A DNA stretch of 64,000 bases from Podarcis muralis (lineage: Eukaryota), in assembly GCF_964188315.1 (NCBI RefSeq), contig NC_135666.1, positions 45,756,001 through 45,820,000 of the forward strand. The letters are read 5' to 3'. The notes under the pieces are model-generated. The model had not been told where the DNA came from. It ran no database searches and saw nothing but the letters and a program-made list of their open reading frames with translations. Made by a program: the position numbers and the translations under genes. Shown one piece after another: positions 13,773 to 25,045 of the stretch; the first letter of the stretch is position 1; every line of letters starts with the position of its first letter.

Positions 13773-15426
13773 TGTTTTTTATAATATCCCATCAAACCTC
13801 TGGCTACAGATAGGCAATAAATAAATGTAGTTCACTGGCGGTAGAGAATCTGTGACACTCTAGGTGCTCTTGGGCTCAACTACTTCATAACCTTCATTAG
13901 GCCAGGGATAATGGGATTTGTAGTTCAGCATTTGGAGACCCACAGGCTGAATGGCTAACAATGGCTCTTTTCTACCTGGGCAGGATTAATTTAAGGAAAT
14001 TGATACAGATGGTTTTGCTTTCCTTGTAATCAAATAAAGCTGTGATACACTTTAACCCTAATGCCAAAGTCCACAAGCTCAAAAACTGTTTCACTGGGCT
14101 GTCTCCATGCATCCAACTTCAGTTCTAAACTTGCAAGTTCTTTTTTTTAAAAAAAGACAATGGAATACTTGTCAATAGTCTGCAAATTATTATGATGCTG
14201 TATAGTGCAGAAGCCTAGCTCTAGGTAGAAAGTATTTTGCTTTGGGCTATAAGCTGCATGTTGCAGTGCAGTTCTTAGCCTGTGGAAGTTTAAGATATGA
14301 GATGTTTGCCAAAATAGGCTCAGAGTGGAGGTGCAAGAGTCCTCCAGGAAGCCATATATAGAACCTAAATGCTTCCTGGTGGGGAGGCTGAAAGAGAGGA
14401 GTATTTTTGTCATGTTGCCCACATACGATTTATCTGCCATTTATATATTGAAAAGGCCAAAAGTTTAGAAAATGGTCATGCAATCTCTGTCTGTCTGTCT
14501 CTTTCTCTCTCTCTCCAGTTGTAGCTTTAGAGAGCAAGAAAGCTGCCTGACAGTCAAAAATCCTAGAGATCCTTTCGCTGTCACAATATATGAAGGTTAT
14601 ATAACATATATAAAGCAGGTTACGTAAGTGCTGCCCTGTAATGCAGTCAATCAGTCCTATTTTGGAAACTGATTATAATTGGAGTATTAAAGAACATTTC
14701 ACAAATTCAACTGAGAAAAAACACAGAATTCCAGTGACAGCACTTAATATCAGCAATTTTGAGCTAGTCATATTTTCCTGAATCTATTAAATGCAGCAGG
14801 ATCAGCTGTAATATAAAAGCAACCTGAGCACTTTGTATTCATTTTAATTAAGAGCAAAAGCTGGGAGCTTTATAAATCCTAATCTTCTAGAGCAAACCCA
14901 CACTTGTTTTTTTTTAAAATCGAATGGTTGTGTGTATATGAAAATGCATGTGTGTTTAAAAGAACTAGTAATCTCAATACAATGTATATTTTTATGCGCT
15001 TACCTTTTTCTCACCTCAAATCAGTCAGAGTTGTGCATACACCAAACAGAGGACTGCATCTGATCTGGAAACCAATTGCCCAATAGAGATCTGTATTGTC
15101 ATCATAGCAAATGCATATTGATTGAATTATCATATATGAATAGATTCCCCCCCCTTTAAATGTATGAATAGTCCACAGGATCAGGTCCAGAACACATCTC
15201 CTAACAGACAGTTTGCAATGCTTAACTTTTCATACCAAGTGGACCGCGAGAGTATTTTGATGCGGAAACTACAGGTTGTATACTGCTTTGTTTTGTGGGG
15301 AGGGGAGCATTGCCACAGTTCCACGTGCAAATATCACACTCATACCCATTAATGTATGGACAAAAGAGAGGACCAGAAGAGAGCTCAAATCTGAATGAAA
15401 TTGGCATGTCCTGGTTTTTGCATATA

Positions 15427-15640
15427 CAGTGGTACCTTGGTTCTCAAACTTAATCCGTTCCGGGAGTCTGTTTGACTCCCAAAACGGTTCAAAAACCAAG
15501 GTGCGGCTTCCTATTGTCTTCTGCACTCAAGCATAAGCTGCGGAAGCCACATCAGACGTTCAGCTTCAAAAAAACATTCGCAAACTGGAACAATTTGTGG
15601 CATTCGGGAGCCAAGCCATTTGGGAACCAAGGTACCACTG
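15427..15640. mobile_element. Tigger-like MITE, complete
   Basis: TA|cagtggtaccttggttc ... gaaccaaggtaccactg|TA. Confidence 0.9.
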
Positions 15641-17220
15641 TACAATCAAATTTAGAAATTATCACTATAATTTAAATAGGAATACATCTATTTCACCAGT
15701 GGGGGACACCATGACCAGGTGAACTGTCTGTGCCAGCTTTCCGGATGCTAACTGCTGGTGGGCAACTACATGGCCCCTCTTCCAACCTGCAGTTCTGTGA
15801 TTTTAGCTAGGCTTGGAGTAGCCAGCCATTCAAATAGAGGATTGTCCTCTGTAAAGCAGGTGGGGATGGACAGATCAGTCCATATCAATTGTCCCAGGTT
15901 TTGATTTTTTCCAGTCTTAAATTTAGTTCCCTAGATCTCTGCAACAATTAAAAAACAATAAAAAATCCGCAGCATTTTTGTGCAGATTTCTCCTAATAAA
16001 CACATGTTTATATGTAATTGTCCCTAATACAAAAAAAATTGCAAAATGATTTTTCTTAATCTAATATGTTCTTGTATGCTGTTTTCACTAATGCAGTATA
16101 TGCATTATTCACTAGTATATGCATTATTTGTACAGATTATTTGACTGGAGAACTGCTTTGCAAAATTTGGAGCAGTGTGAATTTTGAACGATAGCTGTGT
16201 TTCGATTTGTTTAGTGTTTCAGAATGTGCAGGTTTGGTCGGTTCAGATTGAAATGCAAATTGCATCAAAATTGTCTCCCAACCCTAAAATCAGGGCAGAG
16301 GACTACCTTAGCAACTGCTCCATGTTCAAATCTGTTAAAGTGGGGAGCAGTGTTTGGAAACCCTCATTTATTATGCCACTGTAGCATGCTACTTTAGGTA
16401 AATACCAGAATTATTGAAGTAAATCACAGAATCTGTCTTAGAAATACCCCTTCACACCAAGCAATTCATTTAAATTGATTGAATTAGGTTACAAGCACAT
16501 AAAGAATGAACTGTGTCCTGCTTTCATCAACAATATTCTTTATTTGGACACAATCTTAGGCCCGCCAACTGCTTTAAACTGCATTTAATTTGCCCTCATT
16601 ATACCCCACATTTCATCTACAACGCTCACAAAAGCTTGGTTCTCAAGGACTTTCTTGGACTGGGAAGAGAATGTACTGCTTTTTGTAGGAAAGCCTTAAG
16701 GCAAACAAAAGCAAATGGCAAAACCTTCTCTAAATGAAAATGGAGGGGGCTAGTCAAAGGAAAGCTGTGAATTTAGGGCACCTTTCTAACTTGTACCTAG
16801 TATTTGCTTTCACTGATCTTGGGTTGATGTCAAGTTCACACTGTACTTAGGCCTGTTGTGTTGAAGACAATACCTGCAATAACTAGCTTCTCTCTCAAAA
16901 TGATATCGGTGAAAATTGTATTTAGGGATGCATGCATCTATCTTTATATGTCAGCTGTTCGTATATTTGTGTGGCTAAATTTCCCCAGCATCTCTTTGTT
17001 TTCTGAATACCGTATTTTTCGCACCATAGGACGCACTTTTTCCCTCCTAAAAAGCAAGGGAAAATGTGTGTGCGTCCTATGGAGCGAATGCAGGCTTTCG
17101 CTGAAGCCTGGAGAGTGAGAGGGGTCGGTGCGCACCGACCCCTCTCGCTCTCCAGGCTTCAGGAAGCTATCCGCTAGCCGTGGGAGACCCAGCTCTCCCA
17201 CGGCTAGCGGAGCGCTGCAT

Positions 17221-17540
17221 TAATCCCGAAGCTTGGGGCGTGCGGAGCTCAGCGCGCCCCAAGCTTCTGGGTGCCGGGAAGGTCTCGCTAGCCCTGGGAG
17301 AGCCCCGCGACGTCGCGGGGCTCTCCCAGGGCTAGTGAAGCGCCGCGCTAATCCCGGAGCTTGGGGCGTGCGGAGCTCAGCGCGCCCCAAGCTTCTGGGT
17401 GCCGGCAAGGTCTCGCTAGCCCTGGGAGAGCCCCGCGACGTCACGGGGCTCTCCCAGGGCTAGCGAAGCGCCGCGCTAATCCCGAAGCTTGGGGCGTGCG
17501 GAGCTCAGCGCGCCCCAAGCTTCTGGGCGCCAGCAAGGTC
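17221..17540. repeat. 128-bp GC-rich tandem repeat (about 2.5 units)
   Basis: Units start taatcccg at 17221, 17349 and 17477. Confidence 0.95.
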
Positions 17541-17623
17541 TCCGCTAGCGCCCAGAAGCTTGGGGCGCGCTGAGCTCCGCACGCCCCAAGCTTCGGGATT
17601 AGCGCTCCGCTAGCCGTGTCTAG

Positions 17624-18400
17624 GCTGCGGATAGCAGCCTGCTTCCCGGAGCGTCGGGCGCCCTGAAAGCAGAGCTCCAGGCTCTTCGGGAACACATCCG
17701 CAGCGTGGGGAGCCTTGCAGGAATTCCCCACAGGGCTCCCCACTCTGCGGATAGCAGCCTGCTGCCTAGCGGGTGGGGCGCCCTGAAGCAGAGCGCCCCT
17801 CGCGCCAGGCATACATCCGCAGAGTGGGGAGCCTTGCAGGAGTTCCCCACAAGGCTCCCCATGCTGCGGATAGCAGCCTGCTGCCTGGCGGGTGGGGCGC
17901 CCTGAAGCAGAGCGCCCCTCGCGCCAGGCATACATCCGCAGAGTGGGGAGCCTTGCAGGAGTTCCCCACAAGGCTCCCCACGCTGCGGATAGCAGCCTGC
18001 TGCCTAGCGGGTGGGGCGCCCTGAAGCAGAGCGCCCCTCGCGCCAGGCATACATCCGCAGAGTGGGGAGCCTTGCAGGAGTTCCCCACAAGGCTCCCCAC
18101 GCTGCGGATAGCAGCCTGCTGCCTGGCGGGTGGGGCGCCCTGAAGCAGAGTGCCCCTCGCGCCAGGCATACATCTGCAGAGTGGGGAGCCTTGCAGGAGT
18201 TCCCCACAAGGCTCCCCACGCTGCGGATAGCAGCCTGCTGCCTGGCGGGTGGGGCGCCCTGAAGCAAAGCGCCCCTCGCGCCAGGCAGACATCCGCAGAG
18301 TGGGGAGCCTTGCAGGAGTTCCCCACAGGGCTCCCCACGCTGCGGATAGCAGCCTGCTGCCTGGCGGGTGGGGCGCCCTGAAGCAGAGCGCCCCGCCCGC
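17624..18400. repeat. 119-bp GC-rich tandem repeat (about 6.5 units)
   Basis: Unit gctgcggatagcagcctgctgcctggcgggtggggcgccctgaagcagagcgcccctcgcgccaggcatacatccgcagagtggggagccttgcaggagttccccacaaggctccccac. Recurrent ORF starts at 17773, 17892, 18011, 18130 and 18249 confirm the 119-bp period. Confidence 0.97.
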
Positions 18401-19189
18401 CGGACAGACATCGGCCAGCCCCACAAGCTCGGGGGACAGCAGGGAGGCGCAGCGCCACTATCCCGCTGTTCCTCGACCTGGTTCGGTTTCCCTGACCTGC
18501 TTTTGGGGGGGAAATAAAGGGGAATTTTTTTCCCTTTATTTCCCCCCCAAAAAACTAGGTGCGTCCTATGGTCCGGTGCATCCAATCGTGCGAAAAATAC
18601 AGTAAGAGTTTATTTCAGGGGCGTGGGAATACTCCTATAGTTAAGGCAAGTAGCAACAATAAGGTCCAGCCATTATTCATTCCGTACCACAATGAACTTT
18701 CCACCAGAAGGATGAAGTTGCTTTGAAACCTGGGGTGCTTGGTAGGGCTAAAATGGTCTGGATGGTCTGGTTTTGTATTTGCAAAAAAGTGAGAAGGCTT
18801 AAGTACAAACTTCCAGCACAGCACCCCTTTGCTTAAAAATTGCACAACGCCAACACCACTTTGCAACAGAAAAGATTTGGGAACTCAGTTGTCTAAAGTG
18901 ATATTCTGCCTAAATCCCCTTGGAAGCCTATTTTAGAGGGGAAGGGACCCTGATTTATATTCACTGAACTATAAATAAATAAACTATAAATCATTAAGGA
19001 AATCTTTCCTACCTAGAATCCATATGTTGCACGTTTTCTTTTTGCCTCTTTAAAATCTTGAAAACTTGCTTTGAATTTTTAAACTGCTGGTATGATTATC
19101 AATTATAATGGTGCTAGGAGCCAGAAGCACCATACTCCCCTTTTTTAACCTCAGTACCGGTCTTGCCCCTGTTGCATGAAGAGTCCCCT

Positions 19190-19735
19190 TTTCCCACTCC
19201 ATATAGCACTGGTCCTGAAAGACCTACATTGGCTGCCAGTACATTTCCGAGCACAATTCAAAGTGTTGGTGCTGACCTTTAAAGCCCTAAACGGCCTCGG
19301 CCCAGTAGACCTGAAGGAGCGTCTCCACCCCCATCGTTCAGCCCAGACACTGAGGTCCAGCTCCGAGGGCCTTCTGGTCATTCCCTCCCTGTGAGAAGTG
19401 AGGTTACAGGGAACCAGGCAGAGGGCCTTCTCGGTGGTGGCGCCCACCCTGTGGAACGCCCTCCCATCAGATGTCAAGGAAATAAACAACTATCTGACTT
19501 TTAGAAGACATCTGAAGGCAGCCCTGTTTAGGGAAGTTTTTAATGTTTGATGTTATATCATGTTTTTAGTATTCTGTTGGGAGTGGCCAGAGTGGCTGGG
19601 GAAACCCAGCCAGATGGGTGGGGTATAATTAATTAATTACCCAATCCTGTCATTTACAGATGTAAGCAACAAACAAGAGTGGCTGAGGAAACCCAGCCAG
19701 ATAGGTGGGGTATAAATAATAAAATTATTATTATT
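19190..19735 (+). mobile_element. L2-type LINE 3' fragment plus a second copy of its last ~55 bp
   Basis: Peptide LVLKDLHWLPVHFRAQFKVLVLTFKALNGLGP. The terminus gagtggctg.ggaaacccagccagat.ggtggggtataa occurs twice, near 19590 and 19678. Confidence 0.88.
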
Positions 19736-21149
19736 AGGCATGGGTCAACTCCCAGAAGGATTTCTCTAGCAGTACAGTAATTTGTCAGTGAATATACAAA
19801 TAGTCAAGTTACATCTGAGAGGGAGTGAAAGTGACCTGAGAAGACCAAAGATCATGATTCCTCTTTGTGCAAGTGTTGCATATAAGCAGACTACCTCCTT
19901 TAATAGTTTGTTACAAAACTGTGTAGTCTCAGGCCTAACCTAGAGACCTGGGTGGCTGTAGTACAGAAAAAGCCAAATTGTCCATGCCATTTGCTCTATT
20001 CATCCCCCCCCCCCCCAATTCTTTGCTAGGTGATGGTGAACGTGTAATGAGATCTTTGCAGGAGTGATTCTTTAAAAAATGGAGTTGACTCTATTATGAA
20101 CGGAAAGCTTCTGTATGAATGCTCTCTGGGGCAGAATAATACAATTAACAATACTTACCACTGTCAAATTCAATACATATAAAAGGATCACCACTTCCCT
20201 TTTAATTTCTTTGACCGTGACATCGGGATGCCTGTCATTGCACAGAATAAGAAATTTATACCTTTGTATGTGGTTCTTCAAGTGGTCCATGTTGACTCTC
20301 CAGGTTAGTGTTGAACAGGCTCTAGGTTGCCAAGGCAACAATCTGCTGTCGTCTTGAGATGTTGGAGGGTGCTTAAATGGTAAGATTGCCTTCTGAGAGT
20401 ACGTTACTATATTTAACATTTTAGGGCCATTCAGAAAATTATCTTAACTACAAAAGGCTTTGTGCAGGCAGTGGGCTGCTGCAATGTGAACCTTCAGTCA
20501 AATCTGAAATCTCTGGTGCGAAAATAAGAGTCCAGAATTTATTCAGAGTAAAGTGGTCAGTGCTGCTTGATTTCTATTGGAGTGTTGTGATCTATGAATC
20601 TTTGTCACATGGTACTTCCTTCAACCAATTCAATATTCCCTCGTGTGTTATAATGTGTTCACTATGTTCCCGCTGTGTTGCATAATAGTTAAGCAAGGCT
20701 TCTGTGGCCTAGTTCTTCTTTTGTGTGGCTTAAGTGCAGGGCTTTTAAGCAAAACACATTTATTTGGGTTTTAGGCACTGTTGTTATTCAATCAGCACAT
20801 GTTGCATGTGTCAGGGGTTCTTATGAGTATATATAATGTTAGGGTTTGGCCGGGCAGAAATTTCCCTTGAGCTTTTGGCCTGTGCTTACTCCCGAGACAG
20901 ACGGATGGTAGCCAGTCACTCCCACTAATCTTGCAAGTGCCCAACCTGTGATTTGGATTAGCAAGGATCAGGATAGGCAGTATGTGCCATAAAGTAGATA
21001 TTTAAAATGACACATTTCAGATTTGGCAGGGCTGCGAGGAAGATTATTTTCCGATTATATTTAGTCTCCATCCTCATGGTTTTGCTGTTGGTGTTGCTTT
21101 ACAACGTGATTCCTTGCTGCCTGCTGTTTACTCCATATATACAGTATAT

Positions 21150-21665
21150 ATATTTGGTTTTTCAGATTAAAATTTTACAGTCACATATTCAACATATAAC
21201 ATAAAAACAAGATTCCAAGGAATCTCTTGGACTTCCCTCCTCTCTTTGGTGGGTCCTTTTGTTAATCATTTTCTCCTTCATCTTTTGTAATCCAAATCTT
21301 TTACCTCTCCATTGTATCCAAAATTCACCATTAAACTACAAGTGATATTGCAATCCTACTTACAATGTTAACTGTTTACTATGGTCTTTAAGATAAGTTA
21401 TAAATTTTCCCCATTCCTTCTTAAAATTTTGGTTGTCCTGATTTCTGATTCTTCTGGTCATTTTAGCCATTTTGGCATAATTCATCAACTTGATATGCCA
21501 TTCTGTTTACTCCTTATCTGTTCATCACTTTCCAGTGTTTGTCCTCAGAAGCTGTGTAGTTGCATTTTTATTTGCTTTCCCTATAAACTTGTACATGGCC
21601 ATGAATATTTCCGAGGTGAAGTTAAATTTGGATCCAAGGCTGCCATAAAGAATGTTGTAGCCCTG
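21150..21665 (-). mobile_element. L1-clade LINE 3' fragment
   Basis: Minus-strand peptide EWHIKLMNYAKMAKMTRRIRNQDNQNFKKEWGKFITYL followed by an A-rich 3' region; homologous to the 29470 copy. Confidence 0.65.
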
Positions 21666-21857
21666 TGACCTATACTTCCGTCATGGATCACTTGGGCTTC
21701 CTTGACTCCTCTAGTCAGCAAGGATGGGGACCAAGTAAGGATGGAGACGTTGCAGACATGCCAACTTTTACTCAGCCCACTGTTTAGTGTTACATATATC
21801 TTGATTTCTCCTGCTCTGGAGGGTAAGACTTAAACCAATGGCTTCAAGTTACAATGC

Positions 21858-22192
21858 TTGCCAATCGGAAAGTCAGCGGTTCAAATTTCCGCAACAGGGT
21901 GAGTTCCCGTTGCTCTGTCCCAGCTCCTGCCAACCTAGCAGTTCAGAAGCACACCAGTGCAAGTAGATAAATAGGTACCACCATGGCGGGAAAGTAAACA
22001 GTGTTTCCGTGCACTCTGGTTTCTGTCACGGTTGTCCCGTTGTGCCAGAAACGGTTTAGTCATACCAGCCACATGACTCGGAAAGCTGTCTGTGGACAAA
22101 TGCCGGCTCCCTCGGCCTGAAAGTGAGATGAGCACTGCAACCCCATAGCTGCCTTTGACTGGACTTAACCATCCAGGGGTCCTTTACCTTTT
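21858..22192 (+). mobile_element. Sauria SINE, head-truncated and diverged
   Basis: Same body motifs; ends in ggggtcctttacctttt. Confidence 0.9.
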
Positions 22193-22239
22193 CATCTTTT
22201 ACCTTCAAAATGATTGTGGACTGCTAGTATACACTAGCA

Positions 22240-22302
22240 ATGTTCTGTGTTCGCAACCCGAAAGTTCGCAACCCGAAGGTAACGTAACCCGAGGGTCCAC
22301 TG
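22240..22302. mobile_element. Tigger-like MITE terminal fragment
   Basis: ...aacccgagggtccactg|TA end with repeated gttcgcaacccgaa. Confidence 0.55.
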
Positions 22303-24449
22303 TATATATCTTTTGTATTTGTCAACAAGCAAAAATCTCTGCTTAGATGCCAGTCTGGTTGAGCACAGATTCTTGCATTGTATTGTTAGAATGAAAAATA
22401 AAGACCATATTTTGTTCTCTAAGCATACAACTGTCTATGCCACTAGCCTTGGCTATATGTAGGACATTTCATATTCTTAACAATAGTTAAATAATGCCTA
22501 CATTTATATATTACCTGTGACGATTTCTCCAAAATCTTTTATGCACACATAGGCCCCAATCCAATACTAAGTTAAGGTGCACTTAAATCTGTTGAAATGA
22601 ATTGAATAAAGGCACACTGTTGGATTGCGGAGAACAATAATAATGACAAATGTTTATGGCTTCAAAATTTCCAGGATGTTTATATCTCTACCTATTCCTG
22701 TGTGCTGGGTGCTCATAAGATGCAGTCTTTCTTGAAAAAGAAATACTGTTGTATTCTGGGAGACATAATTATTGACAAAGTGTTTTGGTCTGATTATGCC
22801 TTTGAAATACGATCACATTGCCAGCCATCAATCACATTATAGCAGTGCCATAGATACAGATACATATTTTCTGTGTGTGGGGTGGGTGGGTTAATATTAT
22901 TGCCTGACAGATGATCATTCATGACTTTTTATAGACAATTCTTTGAAATTCCCAAGCCATTGCCAACCAATCTCTATTGGCTTCTAGATCTCGATTTGTT
23001 TTAAAATAAAGACCACAGAGCAGTATCGTGCTGTTTGTGAAACACCTATTAAAAAGGGTGGTTCAGAATGGCATGTGTGCTTAATCTGTTTCATAGAAAT
23101 GTGCTGTGAAAGTGCTGGGTCAATATGGATATTGTGCAATCTGTTCTAAACAGCCAGTTGCACAGTAAGTGTAATATGTGGCAGACAGTTATAGATCTCA
23201 GGAGTCCTTTCATCAGTGCATGTATCGAATTAATCTTCTCATAAATGCTCATTCAGAGAGTGCCAGAAGATGGTCCTGGTTGGTTGCCATGGCAGATATT
23301 ATTCTTCATGCTCCTCTGAGAGGTATATTTTTATGAACTGTGAATCTTTTTCCTCAAGTTTATCACAGGAGCAGGCTGTGGTTAGTGTGTGTTTTCTCCA
23401 CTGATGGACCCACTCCCCTGTCTGAGTCTTGCTTTCCTCTCTGTTTCATTATGTTCCCATCAAAATATTTTGAGAGGCATTTTTTAACCACTCTTCATTT
23501 TATGGAAATCTATTTTTCATTATAAGGAGAACCCCCCCCCCAAAAAACGAATGGAAATATTGGTATACACAGCAGTGTCTAACCAGAATAGCTAGACATG
23601 CCTGCAAAAGAACAAGTTGGAATCTCCTGATAAGCAGATACATCCGAGCAGAGAGCAAAAAATGTTCAAAGTTTTTTTCAGAGTTTTTTTCAGACTGCAG
23701 ACATTTGTCTTTAACAAAGAGAAAAACATTAGTTCCCTACATGGCTAGAGGATTGCATGAACTTACAATGTTTAATTAATCTTAATCGTTTAAAGGCATG
23801 TCACCAAATTCAATATTACATTGGCCTATATGTTGCTGTCCTGTTTTACAAAATGTTTTTGGTCACACACAAAAGCCCGCATGCACTAGATTTTAGTGGG
23901 CAGGTATGAAAGGGTTTTTGCTTTGCTTTTCTGGCTGCAGGAACTTGCTCCCAGGCCAGCTTGCCAAAGTACTTTCCGTTGGTGAGGGTGTGCGTTGAGT
24001 GTTAAGTGCTGCAAGTTGCTGCCAGGAAGAAGCCAAAAGCCATTGTCCTGCCACCTCATTGTGTACATGACTTTTGCTTGAATGCATGCAGTTGCCTCTC
24101 TTGGGCTGTAGCCAAATGTTTAAAGCATATATAGAAGGAGTAAGCTAAAATGACATGTTCCAGAGTGCAGTTGTCTTACAGTGATTCCTAACAGAACATT
24201 CTTTTAGCACTTCAACAACAAAATCTCCTGGTCACTTAGGGTGAACCGTAACAAACCGTATTAAAAAGACAGAGCTGGGATTTCAGAGGAACAAACAAAC
24301 CACATTAAAGGAATACGATGAACCAAAGAACCAAGCTTTCCATATTTTCTAACTTCTGTTTCTAAGATGTGTTCCATCATCATGGGGTTCAGAATATATA
24401 TATTTTTCAGGATTAAATTGGTCTGCATAATAGTGGAGTCTGTATGATT

Positions 24450-24451
<2 letters not shown>

Positions 24452-24505
<54 letters not shown>
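24452..24505. repeat. (CT)n(CA)n compound microsatellite
   Basis: Direct reading. Confidence 0.95.
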
Positions 24506-24506
<1 letters not shown>

Positions 24507-24807
24507 GGTTTTTTTCCTGTACTGCCTGATAATTATTTGTACAGCTCTTAAATATTATATTCAAGCATTTTAGACACAGTGTTGCATATGCTTCCCTTAG
24601 TATGGTGCAGTAAACTCAGTGCAGAATCTTTGTTGGTAGAAAGTTTGGCAATTTCAGCCCTTACTCACTTTCTCCTTTCATTTATTTATTGGGGTTTTAT
24701 ACCCACCCTTCACCCAAAGATCCCAGGGTAGGTAACAACAGTTAAATATGTAGCACGTTTTCAGAAGTAACAGCTTGCACAAACTGGAAGTTTCCCATTT
24801 GAGCATA

Positions 24808-25045
24808 CAGTGGTACCTCTGGATGCGAACGGGATCCGTTCCGGAGCCATTTTCGCATCCTGAAGCTAACACAACCCGCGTCTGCTTGGGTTGCGATTTG
24901 CCTCTTCCACGCATGCGTGTGACGTCATTTTGAGTGTCTGCACGAGCGGCGAAACGCGAAAGTAATGTTCCGTTACTTCCGGGTTGCTGCGGAGCATAAC
25001 CTGAAAACGCTCAACCTAAAGCGTATTCAACCAGAGGTATGACTG
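24808..25045. mobile_element. Tigger-like MITE, complete, CpG-rich
   Basis: TA|cagtggtacctctgg ... ccagaggtatgactg|TA. Confidence 0.88.

Larger units (their letters stand above)
17010..18602. mobile_element. Non-autonomous Tc1/mariner (Tc2-like) DNA transposon carrying tandem hairpin arrays
   Basis: TA|ccgtatttttcgcac ... gtgcgaaaaatacag|TA terminal inverted repeats with a TA duplication (17008-9, 18603-4). Subterminal ccataggacgcac/gtgcgtcctatgg motifs at 17024, 17070 and 18559. No transposase ORF. Confidence 0.85.

Noticed and set aside
15950-16290. AT-rich block resembling a common lizard interspersed repeat
   Set aside because: Resemblance is from memory only; no termini, TSD or second copy in the window to support a call.
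17624-18400. CRISPR-like appearance of regularly spaced palindromic repeats
   Set aside because: There are no unique spacers (whole units repeat), no cas genes, and the context is a vertebrate intron.
17220-18605. Many long overlapping ORFs (up to 327 aa) on both strands
   Set aside because: They arise from GC-rich tandem repeats with few stop codons; the peptides are periodic and match no domain I recognise.
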